From positions 160,001 through 224,000 of the IMG/VR virus record IMGVR_UViG_3300045988_139374: 64,000 nucleotides of DNA; one strand, given 5' to 3'. Shown here in pieces: positions 39,095 to 48,756 of the stretch. The notes under the pieces are model-generated. The model ran no database searches, had not been told where the DNA came from, and worked only from the letters and a program-made list of their open reading frames with translations. The first letter of the stretch is position 1, and the number at the start of each line of letters is the position of its first letter. Position numbers and translations under genes: made by a program. The stretch comes from a virus.

Positions 39095-39140
39095 TGCTCT
39101 GGAGCCCAGAAATGGCTCCAGAGCATTATTTTTTATTTTT
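39095..39140 (+). terminator. rho-independent terminator
   Basis: TGCTCTGGAGCC 39095-39106 pairs with GGCTCCAGAGCA 39114-39125, followed by T-run; this argues against the track start at 39094. Confidence 0.7.
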
Positions 39141-39189
39141 TAACATTAGTATAATACTTGGTATTATACCTAAAAAGGAGGTTTTACAG

Positions 39190-40743
39190 ATGGGGAATAC
39201 TCTTCATGAAGCCGGTAGTGATACTGTAGATACTATTGTTCAGATCGCTAAAGGACTTAGCAATGTTGCTACAAATAAAGTTGCTAATAAGAGTGAATAT
39301 TCTTATTCCTCTATTGCAAATGCAGCATCTAAGTTGATTGCTGTTTTTCCTGTTCTTACTAGTCGTACTGTAAGCTTCGATACTGCACGTATGACTTCTA
39401 AGTATATTGAACAAATTTCCTGTCAATTCTTCATGTTTGCTCTACAGCAAGCAAATATTAGTAATGCAAAAGATGGTATTACATATCTAAGACAATTTCA
39501 TCAAAACCTAAATATGGGCGATGATAATACAGATGCTGTTATTGCAGCTATGCAGTCTTGGATTGATGCATATACTAAGGGTACACAAGAAAGTACCACA
39601 TTTGCTGATGCTTTGAATAATGAAGTTCTTAGTGAAGCAATGGTAGATCCTTTTATGATGCAATCTGATGATGTTAAGATCAGTGCTTCTGATATGAGAG
39701 AGCTAATGCATGCTATGCAAGAGAGTGCAAATATTCAGTTCTATGATACTAAGCTGAATCCTCTTTCTATTGACGATTACGTTGTTAGAGAATTTGCTAG
39801 CGGTGACTATAGAGTCACTGTTTCTCCTTATATTCTAAATGAAGCTAAGGCTAATAAGAGGAAAGCAAATAATTCTTATAATGAAAATAAAGAGCAGCAT
39901 CGCCATGAAGAAGAGATGAATAAGATCTTGAATGATCGAATGAAGACTTATCAAAAGGCTCAGTCCGAAAGAGATAAGCAGGATGCTGAAAATGAAAAGC
40001 AGCAAAAAGAAGATCAGAAAAGTACAAGTAGAGACAATGATTGGCGAGATGCAAATAGAATGCATAATAATACTGCATTCCTAAAAGATCAAGATATTAA
40101 GAAGATGAATGATGCTCTTCCTTCTATTTTGATTGTTAAATTCTATCAGAAGAATAGTGACGGTGGAGTTTCTGGTGTTGCTACTGAATTCATTATTGGT
40201 GTTAAGTCTAAAGTTGTTCCTATTACTACTACAGAGATTCTTCGCCGTATTATGAATGATAATAAGGATGGTCAGAAATTCCTTAAGTTCATGAGAGTTA
40301 TTACTGGTGAGCTAAAAGCTTCTGATGTTCTTTTGGGATTGTCTCGTATTACTGACGATGTCAAGTCTTATAAGGTTAAGGGAGCTCGTGGTGATATTTG
40401 GACTCTACTGCAGAATCGTGCAGTAGCAGCCAAAGAACAAGTTCGCTCTGGTAAGCATAATGACTTTTCTGCTATCACTACAGTTCTGATTTCTCAGCAA
40501 GATGCTGATGAACTGTATCGTGAAGAGAACTTTGATATCAATGATCCCAAGAATGCTATTCACTTTATGCAATCCTATAATCTAATGGGATTTGCTATTG
40601 CTGATGATTCTAATGAAGTTCTTCATTTGCTACTAGACAATGGTAGTAAGAATTTTGAAGACATTTCTTATAGAATGCTTGAGAGAGAAACTCAAGATAG
40701 TACTTATAAGAAGCTAATCAATCTGATGGCAGCTTCTAAGTAA
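39190..40743 (+). CDS. hypothetical virion-module protein
   Basis: ATG at 39190 follows AAAAGGAGG; central K/E/Q/D-rich stretch. Confidence 0.6.
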   Translation: MGNTLHEAGSDTVDTIVQIAKGLSNVATNKVANKSEYSYSSIANAASKLIAVFPVLTSRTVSFDTARMTSKYIEQISCQFFMFALQQANISNAKDGITYLRQFHQNLNMGDDNTDAVIAAMQSWIDAYTKGTQESTTFADALNNEVLSEAMVDPFMMQSDDVKISASDMRELMHAMQESANIQFYDTKLNPLSIDDYVVREFASGDYRVTVSPYILNEAKANKRKANNSYNENKEQHRHEEEMNKILNDRMKTYQKAQSERDKQDAENEKQQKEDQKSTSRDNDWRDANRMHNNTAFLKDQDIKKMNDALPSILIVKFYQKNSDGGVSGVATEFIIGVKSKVVPITTTEILRRIMNDNKDGQKFLKFMRVITGELKASDVLLGLSRITDDVKSYKVKGARGDIWTLLQNRAVAAKEQVRSGKHNDFSAITTVLISQQDADELYREENFDINDPKNAIHFMQSYNLMGFAIADDSNEVLHLLLDNGSKNFEDISYRMLERETQDSTYKKLINLMAASK

Positions 40744-40763
40744 GAGAAAGGAGAGATACAAAT

Positions 40764-41915
40764 ATGATCACTAATGCTGACTATATGCAGATCGTAAGTG
40801 AAGCATATGATCTATCTGATCCTTATATTAAGAAGAAAGTTATCTTCTGTAATGAAGCAAAGCGTCAAGAAAATATTGAGAATATTGTTGGTAGACTTTA
40901 TACTCATATTAAGAATGACGTTACTGGAATTGATTTTGGTACTATTCCTAGATCTAAAGGAATTATTACTAAGATTGATAATTATAATGGCCTTATTGAT
41001 TGTATTAATAGCATTCATGATCTGGTTAAGAGCTATAATCAACCTACTAAAAGTGTAGATGAACTAACTACAGCTATTAATAATATTAAGAATAGAGAAA
41101 GAGTATTTACTAAGGCTTTTACTCTTAATATTGAATTCCCAATTATGCTATATAATATGACAGTAACTGCCATTGTAAGTGCTACTTCCCTATTGATGAG
41201 CTCTAGTGTAGAATTCATTAAGAATGGTCATGATTCTTTTACTACTTCTCTAGACAAGGTTGGCTATGTGAAATCTAAGGATCACCTTATGATTGAATAT
41301 GTAAGTCAATTCAATAGAAACTGTGCAAATGGTACTATTGATAAGCTTGTCAATAGTTGTATTAAGAATAATATTACTAATACTAATGAATCTACCATTG
41401 TAGATGCTCAGAACGTAAATAGTGTTAACGAGGGAATCTTTTGGAAAGATAATGATGATGGTACCAAGACTCCTACTGCAGCAACCGCAATTACTGGCGT
41501 AATTATGGGTGCTGGAGCTAAATATATAATTCCTGCTATTGCAAGTAGTCCTCTTGGTATTTTTATCACTGCTGTTATTGGTGCTGGTATTACAGCAGTT
41601 CTTTTCCTATTCTTGTTTAGAAAAGTTGCATTCTTTGTTCTTAAGACACGTATGGATATCTCTGATTGGTTTGAGATTCAAGCAAATTATCTTCAGATTA
41701 ATGCTGAAAATCTTAAGTATCGTGATGATCCTAAGGGTGATGACCATAAGAAGAAAGTCTATGATGCTCAGATGAAATGGGTTGATAGATTCAAGAAAAT
41801 TGCTAATAAACTAGCACTCACTGATTCTAAAGCAAGAAAAGAAACTAATGATAATGATAGAAACGAGTCACACCATTATGAAGATGATGAATCTGATAAT
41901 GGTGGATTATTCTAA
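40764..41915 (+). CDS. hypothetical membrane-associated protein
   Basis: GAAAGGAGAG RBS; hydrophobic segment ITGVIMGAGAKYIIPAIASSPLGIFITAVIGAGITAVLFLFLF. Confidence 0.6.
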   Translation: MITNADYMQIVSEAYDLSDPYIKKKVIFCNEAKRQENIENIVGRLYTHIKNDVTGIDFGTIPRSKGIITKIDNYNGLIDCINSIHDLVKSYNQPTKSVDELTTAINNIKNRERVFTKAFTLNIEFPIMLYNMTVTAIVSATSLLMSSSVEFIKNGHDSFTTSLDKVGYVKSKDHLMIEYVSQFNRNCANGTIDKLVNSCIKNNITNTNESTIVDAQNVNSVNEGIFWKDNDDGTKTPTAATAITGVIMGAGAKYIIPAIASSPLGIFITAVIGAGITAVLFLFLFRKVAFFVLKTRMDISDWFEIQANYLQINAENLKYRDDPKGDDHKKKVYDAQMKWVDRFKKIANKLALTDSKARKETNDNDRNESHHYEDDESDNGGLF

Positions 41916-41933
41916 TTTATAAAATAAAAACTT

Positions 41934-41965
41934 GAGATAGATTCCAAAAGAATCTATCTCATTTC
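41934..41965 (+). terminator. hairpin terminator
   Basis: GAGATAGATTC 41934-41944 pairs with GAATCTATCTC 41950-41960; weak T-run. Confidence 0.45.
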
Positions 41966-41989
41966 ACAAAAAATAATCCCGATATAATC

Positions 41990-41999
41990 GGGGGGGGGG
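41990..41999 (+). repeat. G10 homopolymer forming the Shine-Dalgarno region of 42007..42987
   Basis: Counted directly: aatcGGGGGGGGGGtaaaacaATG. Confidence 0.9.
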
Positions 42000-42006
42000 T
42001 AAAACA

Positions 42007-42987
42007 ATGATTGTTTGTACTGAATCTTATGGAGATAAATTTGTCAAAGATCTTAGTAATATTTCTGATATTAGTATTGAAGAAGCATGTGGCCAATTGC
42101 AGGCAAGTGTATCTGATGCATTAGCAGAAATGAATATGAGTATTATTCTTGCTGAAGCAGAAGGAGAAAGTAGTACCGCTCTTACAGTTGGAAGTAAGCT
42201 TTACAATATGACTGCAACTGAAACAGATGCTAAAAAGTCTGTTGTAGGAAATATCAAAGAAAAGGTTTTTCATATCATTGATAAAGTTTCTAGTGAAATT
42301 GCAAAGCTTTGGGATAAGCTTGTTAATTGGTTTAGAATGGAAATTGAAGCCAATGTGCAAGCGTATAAGCAGCAAAAGGCAGCATATTTTAATTATCAAC
42401 TAATTTATGATGATTTTAGGAGATTTGATAAGCCTGAAATTCATTTTGACAAATATGTTGATTCTGATGGAATTGGAAAACTGGATAATACAATTACAGC
42501 AATTAAAAAAGATTTTATAGCAAGCGGAGCTAGATCTTCTGATAAGTTAACATCAGAAAATATTAAAGATACTGTTAAAGGCATATTTAATAAGCTGAAG
42601 ATTGTCAAAGAAGATTATACAATGACTCCACTTCCTGTCGATTTTCTCAAAAGTGCAATTGCTGTATACGATATTAAGAAAGCATCGTCTAGCGTTTTTA
42701 AGAATATTCTTGATACAAAATCTATTATCAATGAAGAATTTAGAAAACTAAAGAACAAGACTAGGGATCAATACGAAGACGTTTCTCAAAGAAGAGAATT
42801 CATGAATGAAGTAAATCTTACTTCTAGAATGTACTCTATGTTTACCTCTGAGGCAATTAAGGTATATCATATTTTTTATGATTGCGCATATAAGATTTGC
42901 AAAGGATGCGTTACTAATTATAGAGAGTATTTGAGAATTACATATACTGATAAAGAAAAAGAGAAAAATAAATTTGATACGATGTAA
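42007..42987 (+). CDS. internal-head-protein-like paralog 1
   Basis: Shares with 43611..44525 and 44584..45447: N-terminal MIV..., (L/I)xE-A site (ISIEEACGQLQ), and the AKLWDKLVNWF block. Confidence 0.6.
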   Translation: MIVCTESYGDKFVKDLSNISDISIEEACGQLQASVSDALAEMNMSIILAEAEGESSTALTVGSKLYNMTATETDAKKSVVGNIKEKVFHIIDKVSSEIAKLWDKLVNWFRMEIEANVQAYKQQKAAYFNYQLIYDDFRRFDKPEIHFDKYVDSDGIGKLDNTITAIKKDFIASGARSSDKLTSENIKDTVKGIFNKLKIVKEDYTMTPLPVDFLKSAIAVYDIKKASSSVFKNILDTKSIINEEFRKLKNKTRDQYEDVSQRREFMNEVNLTSRMYSMFTSEAIKVYHIFYDCAYKICKGCVTNYREYLRITYTDKEKEKNKFDTM

Positions 42988-43023
42988 CTCTATAATAAAT
43001 CTCAGGAAAGGAGAATTTATACA

Positions 43024-43566
43024 ATGAGTATTTTTGAAGATCTTCTTCATGAAGATACTTGGCATAAGGATGAACCTAATGATACCTGGGATGATGACCA
43101 GGCACAGAATATGTCTAATGATGAAGATAAGAACGATGACAATGTGAATGAGAGCGCATTTGATTCTATCTTTAATGAATCTGATGATGGTTCTGGATTT
43201 GATGGATTTGGTGTCGATAAAATTGATCGACCTTCTAAATCTGGTCTAGTTACCGGAGTAGATGCAGCAACTAAGTTTGCTAATGCTACAGATGGTGGTC
43301 TGGATTGTTCTATTGATTTGTCGTACGATGCTTTTGGTGAATCTGACAACTCTGGGTTCGAAAAGGACGCGAGTCTAGTGATGGAAGATGGATCTGAAAG
43401 TATTCCTGTTGATCCAACTACTATCCCTCATCATGATCTAGAAGATGACCAATATTCTGATAGTCTTGATGGCTCGGAGGTCGATGGAGCAAGTCCTGCT
43501 GAATTGGCTGCAGATGACGATAGTAGCTTTGGCGAATCTGCTACAGGATGGGACGATCTATATTAA
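43024..43566 (+). CDS. highly acidic D/E/S-rich protein
   Basis: 180-aa ORF; AGGAAAGGAG RBS; long runs of D, E and S. Confidence 0.6.
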   Translation: MSIFEDLLHEDTWHKDEPNDTWDDDQAQNMSNDEDKNDDNVNESAFDSIFNESDDGSGFDGFGVDKIDRPSKSGLVTGVDAATKFANATDGGLDCSIDLSYDAFGESDNSGFEKDASLVMEDGSESIPVDPTTIPHHDLEDDQYSDSLDGSEVDGASPAELAADDDSSFGESATGWDDLY

Positions 43567-43610
43567 TTCTTTTCTTTACGATCGTAAATTTTAACTAAAG
43601 GAGAATAATT

Positions 43611-44525
43611 ATGATTGTTAATGTTATTAATGGTCAGAGCTCTGGTATCTCTGAGTCTACTGGGCCTAATGTGTTTGAAGGCATGAGCTTGGCTGAAGCA
43701 TGTGGTCAGCTGCAGGCTAACGTGTCTGATATTCTGAATGAGATGAATATGGGCATTCTGCTGAATGAGCATATGTATCTTCGTGAGAATGGTGAGGACA
43801 TCCAGTATGTGAATGAGGCAGATACTAAGCTGAAGGATCGTATTGGCGGTGCTATTGATAATATCATTAAGCAGGTTTCTCAACTGTGGGATAGACTCGT
43901 TATCTGGATTCAGGATCGAGTCGAAGATGCTCGTATGGCATTTGCTCGTGCTGGTATTGATAAGAAGAAGGCAGAAGCTGCTAAGAGTGGATCTGTTGAT
44001 AAGTGCCATGTGAAGTGGGTTGGTTCTGATAAAGTCGATAACCTCATTAAACTAATTAACGCTGGCGATGGTAACAATCTGGATGAGATTGATAAGAAAG
44101 ATTACAATATCTCTGATTGGACTGAGACTAAGGATAAGCTCACCTCTGGCGAGATCACTGATGCATATAATACTGTTTTTGATACGAATAGAACCGTTCT
44201 TGGTAAGGTTCGTGCCGCTAAGAAGACCGCTATTGATGAGCTGAATAAGCAGAAGAAGGCTGCTACTTCTAGCAATAGCGATGATAAGGCTGATCAGATT
44301 AAGAGCATCAATGCAAATTCTCGTAAGATCTCTAAGATCAGTTCCTTTGCAATGAAGGTTTATCATACTCACGTTGAAGGCAGTATTCAGGCTCTGAAGG
44401 CTGCTGTTAAGCCTGAGAAGGCTGCAAAGGCTGTTGATCGTGCTGCTAAGGTTGGCAAGAAGTCTGATAAGGAAGCAACTTCCGAGTCTGCTATCTTCAA
44501 TGACGATCGTTTCTTCAAGGCCTAA
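43611..44525 (+). CDS. internal-head-protein-like paralog 2 (codon usage suggests high expression)
   Basis: MSLAEACGQLQ..., SQLWDRLVIWI; enriched in CTG/ATC/GGC/CGT codons compared with neighbouring genes. Confidence 0.6.
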   Translation: MIVNVINGQSSGISESTGPNVFEGMSLAEACGQLQANVSDILNEMNMGILLNEHMYLRENGEDIQYVNEADTKLKDRIGGAIDNIIKQVSQLWDRLVIWIQDRVEDARMAFARAGIDKKKAEAAKSGSVDKCHVKWVGSDKVDNLIKLINAGDGNNLDEIDKKDYNISDWTETKDKLTSGEITDAYNTVFDTNRTVLGKVRAAKKTAIDELNKQKKAATSSNSDDKADQIKSINANSRKISKISSFAMKVYHTHVEGSIQALKAAVKPEKAAKAVDRAAKVGKKSDKEATSESAIFNDDRFFKA

Positions 44526-44540
44526 TATGTCATAAAATTA

Positions 44541-44580
44541 TCCCGTAGGATCTAAAATGATCCTACGGGATTTATTATTT
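44541..44580. terminator. bidirectional terminator
   Basis: TCCCGTAGGATC 44541-44552 pairs with GATCCTACGGGA 44559-44570. Confidence 0.7.
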
Positions 44581-44583
44581 TAA

Positions 44584-45447
44584 TTATGCATACTCATAAT
44601 CAGGTTCATTATATTTACTATCCCCACCATGGTTAATAATAGCTTTAAGAACTTTTGCACAAGATTTTAGATAATCTCTATATACAGAGATTTCTTCTTT
44701 ACATATTTGAGTAGCAACTTGCGCCATATGCTTAATTTCGCTATCATTGCTTGTAGTATTGTTTTCCTCTTCATTATAAAAAGGATCTATATTCTTCTGA
44801 TTTTTCATAGATTTAATATAATTATTTTTATTTTCTATAACCCCCGATACAAATTTAGATTTAGAATTAAAAATAATATTCCAAGCATTAATTCCAACTT
44901 GTTTCGTAATTTTATATTCATAATCTACACGTCTATATTTAGAAAAATATGTATGAATATCTTTATCTTTTAGATCAATATATTTATTCAATAGCCCATA
45001 GGATGCATTTTCTCTATTTCTTACTATTTTATCATACTGATCATCTGTTACAACAGTTCCTTTAATAGTAACAGTAAAATCTTCTTTCATATTATTAATT
45101 AGATTCCAAGATTTCTTTTTATCTATACCAATAGAAAGAAATTTCTTCATTACCATACTAGTGAAGTTTTGAATAAACTCAATAAACTTATCCCATAATT
45201 TAGATATTTGAGTAATGATCGATTCAATGATATTTTTAATTTTTGATCTATTTACATTATCTCCTTTATTGATAAACTCATCTTCACCATAGTGCCTAAT
45301 ATATGAACCACTGTCATCAACTTTTTCTTCATTCAATATAATATTTACATTTTCTGTAAACATATTAAATGCTTCATCTAATGTCATATTAGAGAAAGGA
45401 TTATTCAATTCAATTAAACTAGATTCACATAATACATTAATAACCAT
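44584..45447 (-). CDS. internal-head-protein-like paralog 3
   Basis: MTLDEAFNMF..., SKLWDKFIEFI; AAGGAGGA RBS on the minus strand. Confidence 0.6.
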   Translation of the reverse strand: MVINVLCESSLIELNNPFSNMTLDEAFNMFTENVNIILNEEKVDDSGSYIRHYGEDEFINKGDNVNRSKIKNIIESIITQISKLWDKFIEFIQNFTSMVMKKFLSIGIDKKKSWNLINNMKEDFTVTIKGTVVTDDQYDKIVRNRENASYGLLNKYIDLKDKDIHTYFSKYRRVDYEYKITKQVGINAWNIIFNSKSKFVSGVIENKNNYIKSMKNQKNIDPFYNEEENNTTSNDSEIKHMAQVATQICKEEISVYRDYLKSCAKVLKAIINHGGDSKYNEPDYEYA

Positions 45448-45648
45448 TTTAATTAATCCTCCTTATGGTTAATCATTATAAAGTAGTAATCAAAAAAAAA
45501 CGATTTGGATTTAATATATAAAATAAATATATATACTATAAATTTTAAATAATATTACTTCTGTCTGTTTAATAAATCGCTAGGTTATTATAAATACAAT
45601 ATTGAATTATAATGAGATTTAAGGTTATAGAATGCAGTAGTTGTATCA

Positions 45649-45879
45649 CTACAATACATACCTTCTAATGAGATACATCCATTTTTTCTGAACAGCATAA
45701 AATAATGTAGCATTCAAATTATTATAATCTCTAGCATATTCAAAATCAAAATCATATCCAATCATAGTTCCATCTATTTTATATGCATGGCCAGAGTCAT
45801 AGACACTACTACAATCATGAACTTTAGATGTATAAACATTAGTTATTTTCTTTATAGAATTATTATTAGAAGCGTCAGA
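45649..45879 (-). other. start-less cassette C12 (76 codons)
   Basis: Signal at 45862-45877 (rev, TGACGCTTCTAATAAT); SDASNNNSIKKITNVYTSK... Confidence 0.5.
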
Positions 45880-45883
45880 CTTA

Positions 45884-46117
45884 TTAAATATAGATGATGT
45901 TTGCATGACATGAAGTATTACCAGATAATGATGAACCATCGGAATAGTGATCCATATCTACGAATCTACAATATAATTTTCCATTATTTTGATAAATATA
46001 GTCTATATCACTGTATTTAATACGATCTAATATATCAAATCCTATCAATGTACCATTTAATGTATATCCATCTTTAGTAATATAAATATTACTAAGCTTT
46101 TTTATAGAAGCGTCATT
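45884..46117 (-). other. start-less cassette C13 (77 codons)
   Basis: Signal at 46100-46115 (rev); NDASIKKLSNIYITKDG...CHANIIYI-stop-stop. Confidence 0.55.
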
Positions 46118-46152
46118 AGTATTTTAAAAAGTATTTATTTTCACTTGTATAG

Positions 46153-46191
46153 TATAAAATTGAAATAGAAAGAAGAAAGAGTACTTCTATT
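46153..46191 (+). promoter_or_regulatory. conserved 39-nt upstream element (TATAAnAnTGA-ATAGAAG-N13-CTTCTAT)
   Basis: 35/39 identical to 47869-47907; both copies end ~30-50 nt upstream of the start codon of a plus-strand gene. Confidence 0.5.
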
Positions 46192-46240
46192 TATGTATTA
46201 GCAAAAAAACAAATATAGTGTACTTATAGGAGGTACAATT

Positions 46241-46567
46241 ATGCTGACCGAAAAAAATATTAATGATGTGGCAACGTTGAGTGTTATTGGTAACGACAAC
46301 GGCAAAGGAATCAATCCGACCGTGATCGATTATAAAATAAACAATGGAGGGTATTACGCCCTCGCATTGGTAAAGCTAAATGATGCATATACCATTTTCA
46401 ACATTGCTGGAATGGTTGCCCCTAGCGGGATACAAGCTGAAAGAGTAGGCTTGTATGTATGCAATCCTGAATGGGATTGCATAATAGATATTGTTTCCAA
46501 GAGCGAATTAATTTCTGACGAGCAGACTGCTCGTCAGAAGTTTGAAGATTACTGCAAGCTTCTATAA
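46241..46567 (+). CDS. hypothetical protein (atypical, GC-richer codons)
   Basis: 108-aa ORF, TAGGAGG RBS, strong terminator; embedded between cassettes. Confidence 0.6.
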   Translation: MLTEKNINDVATLSVIGNDNGKGINPTVIDYKINNGGYYALALVKLNDAYTIFNIAGMVAPSGIQAERVGLYVCNPEWDCIIDIVSKSELISDEQTARQKFEDYCKLL

Positions 46568-46572
46568 AGCAA

Positions 46573-46616
46573 AATGTGAGTAAGAGATATCTCTTACTCA
46601 CATTTATTTTTTTTAT
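46573..46616 (+). terminator. rho-independent terminator
   Basis: Perfect 16-bp palindrome AATGTGAGTAAGAGAT/ATCTCTTACTCACATT followed by T-run. Confidence 0.75.
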
Positions 46617-46621
46617 AATGA

Positions 46622-46879
46622 TTTGACGCTTCTATTAAGAGTACTGTAATCACAACACCTAGTGATTATTCATCTGTAGATTTTAAGCTTGGAATTCCAG
46701 TAGGCGTATTTCCATATTCATCTAGAGATATAAGCGTATATCAATTGTATGAAGTATATTATAGATATTATGATTCTACCATTATATCATTTGGAATTAG
46801 AAGTATTAATATTAAAAATAATGGAAATATAGAGTATTGTATAGGTCAGCAAATTTTAGTGTATTATATTCCAATTTGA
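46622..46879 (+). other. start-less cassette C14 (85 codons)
   Basis: Signal at 46624-46639; FDASIKSTVITTPSDY...QQILVYYIPI-stop; converges on and overlaps C15. Confidence 0.55.
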
Positions 46880-47119
46880 AATATAAAAAATATTTAAAGT
46901 TAACCCTGCAATTCTTTTAAATTTAGTAAAATCATCACCAATAGCTTGACCAACGACTATTACATAATTATCGTTATTATTTTTATATTGCATTATAAAT
47001 TGGAATCCTTCGCTTAAATCATTATTACCAATAATAGTATTAATTAAAATTTTATCTAGTGATATTGTATATCCATTTATAGAACTAATAGCTGTCATCA
47101 TTTTAATAGAAGCGTCAGA
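46856..47119 (-). other. start-less cassette C15 (87 codons)
   Basis: Signal at 47102-47117 (rev); SDASIKMMTAISSINGY...LNIFYISNWNIIH-stop. Confidence 0.55.
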
Positions 47120-47146
47120 CTTATTTATAAAGGAGGTAAATTTATT

Positions 47147-47800
47147 ATGGGAATTATTATAAATGAAAAGTGTGTTACTTATAATAAAATTTATGATATT
47201 AAGAATACTAAAATAGATAAATATAAATTGGTTATCATTGGTGAAATACATGGATCTTCTATGATTGGGGTTTATGATAAACTTCTTAAATCTTCTCATT
47301 ATGATTACTTTCTTGCTGAATTTGCTTATGATGATAAAGCTCTTACTAGAGAAGATATTAAATATAAAATGGATCATGCTACTAATGGTGGAATGGGTCC
47401 GTGTGATTATCAATATAATTATTGGCTTTATGAATTAGCATATAAATATAATATTCCTTTGATTGGTATTGATAGAGGAGATACTAATAGTTTTAAATCT
47501 AGAGAAGAAGAATTTAAAACTAGAGAATCTATTATGATCAATACTATTCAACAATATTCAGGAAAAGGAAGATGCTTAGTGCAAATAGGAGATGCTCATG
47601 TAAGAAATATTCCTATTAGTAAAGAATATATTAAGCAATATAATTATGATGATGAATTCTACGAAGGAAATATTGATAATCAAACAGTATCTTTTGCAAG
47701 TCCAATATATGAAAAATATGTAAATGATCCAAATGCAATTATATTTAGAAATAAAAAAGAATATGAAGATGAACAAAAATTTTTAAAAGAAAATTCATAA
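47147..47800 (+). CDS. hypothetical protein, possible ChaN/Tiki-like fold
   Basis: AAAGGAGG RBS; IIGEIHGS and QIGDAHV motifs; weak call. Confidence 0.5.
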   Translation: MGIIINEKCVTYNKIYDIKNTKIDKYKLVIIGEIHGSSMIGVYDKLLKSSHYDYFLAEFAYDDKALTREDIKYKMDHATNGGMGPCDYQYNYWLYELAYKYNIPLIGIDRGDTNSFKSREEEFKTRESIMINTIQQYSGKGRCLVQIGDAHVRNIPISKEYIKQYNYDDEFYEGNIDNQTVSFASPIYEKYVNDPNAIIFRNKKEYEDEQKFLKENS

Positions 47801-47801
47801 A

Positions 47802-47845
47802 GATAGAGGTAGAGTATTTTTACTCTACCTCTATTATATTTTAAT
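47802..47845 (+). terminator. rho-independent terminator
   Basis: ATAGAGGTAGAGTA pairs with TACTCTACCTCTAT. Confidence 0.6.
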
Positions 47846-47868
47846 TATTGTACTAAATAAATATATAA

Positions 47869-47907
47869 TATAATAATGAGATAGAAGGAAGAAAGAGTAC
47901 TTCTATT
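47869..47907 (+). promoter_or_regulatory. second copy of the conserved 39-nt upstream element
   Basis: See 46153-46191. Confidence 0.5.
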
Positions 47908-47936
47908 GGCCTGTAAATAAAAGTGGAGGTATTAAA

Positions 47937-48749
47937 ATGATTGATGGATTAAAGATGCTTACAGAAGACGATGTAAAAATCGAATTCTTAGAATCAGCAA
48001 ACAATGGAATATGCTATATTGCAATGGTTGAGTATTCGATTAGTTATGGCAAAATCGAATATAAGATGTATTCCGTAAGAACTGTTGTAAAAATACCAAT
48101 TTTTAGAACTCGTCGTTGTATTATTGTAGATAATATTCCTGATAATGAATATATCGATGCTAATTACGATAATGTCAAATGCCGTTATGATAATATGGCT
48201 AAAACATTATTTGAAAATAATAGAATAGTATATGATGGTGTCGAAACCATTGATCAAAATGCGTTTGTATCTAAGATTTGCTTGGATGCATGTGTAAAAA
48301 AGATCAATCGCGCTACAGCAAAATTATATTTCCAAAATATGAACATCAGTTTTTTAAACATTGATGTGAATAAAAAACTTCCGACTCAGTTGGATATGAC
48401 TATATTTATCAATGGTAATCAGGAAACTATTAGCATTATGAATGTGAACAAAATTAAAAAGCATGGCGCTTCTCGTGCAAGGTCTAATAGTTTTTATATC
48501 ATTGATAAGAAAGTTCATAAATCTATAATTTATTGCATGCTAGATGCAATAAGAGAGATATATGGATATGGACTATACGAATATGGTCTTGACAGATGCG
48601 ATTTAAAATCTATTAATGATATTCTCAATAAATATAACATTGAATATGGCGATGATATATTTATTGATATTGAATCTAAATACGAATATATCATTAATAT
48701 GATAGATAATCATATTAATGATAATACTGATGAAATGGTATATCAATAA
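47937..48749 (+). CDS. hypothetical protein
   Basis: 270-aa ORF, GTGGAGG RBS. Confidence 0.6.
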   Translation: MIDGLKMLTEDDVKIEFLESANNGICYIAMVEYSISYGKIEYKMYSVRTVVKIPIFRTRRCIIVDNIPDNEYIDANYDNVKCRYDNMAKTLFENNRIVYDGVETIDQNAFVSKICLDACVKKINRATAKLYFQNMNISFLNIDVNKKLPTQLDMTIFINGNQETISIMNVNKIKKHGASRARSNSFYIIDKKVHKSIIYCMLDAIREIYGYGLYEYGLDRCDLKSINDILNKYNIEYGDDIFIDIESKYEYIINMIDNHINDNTDEMVYQ

Positions 48750-48756
48750 TATAAAA

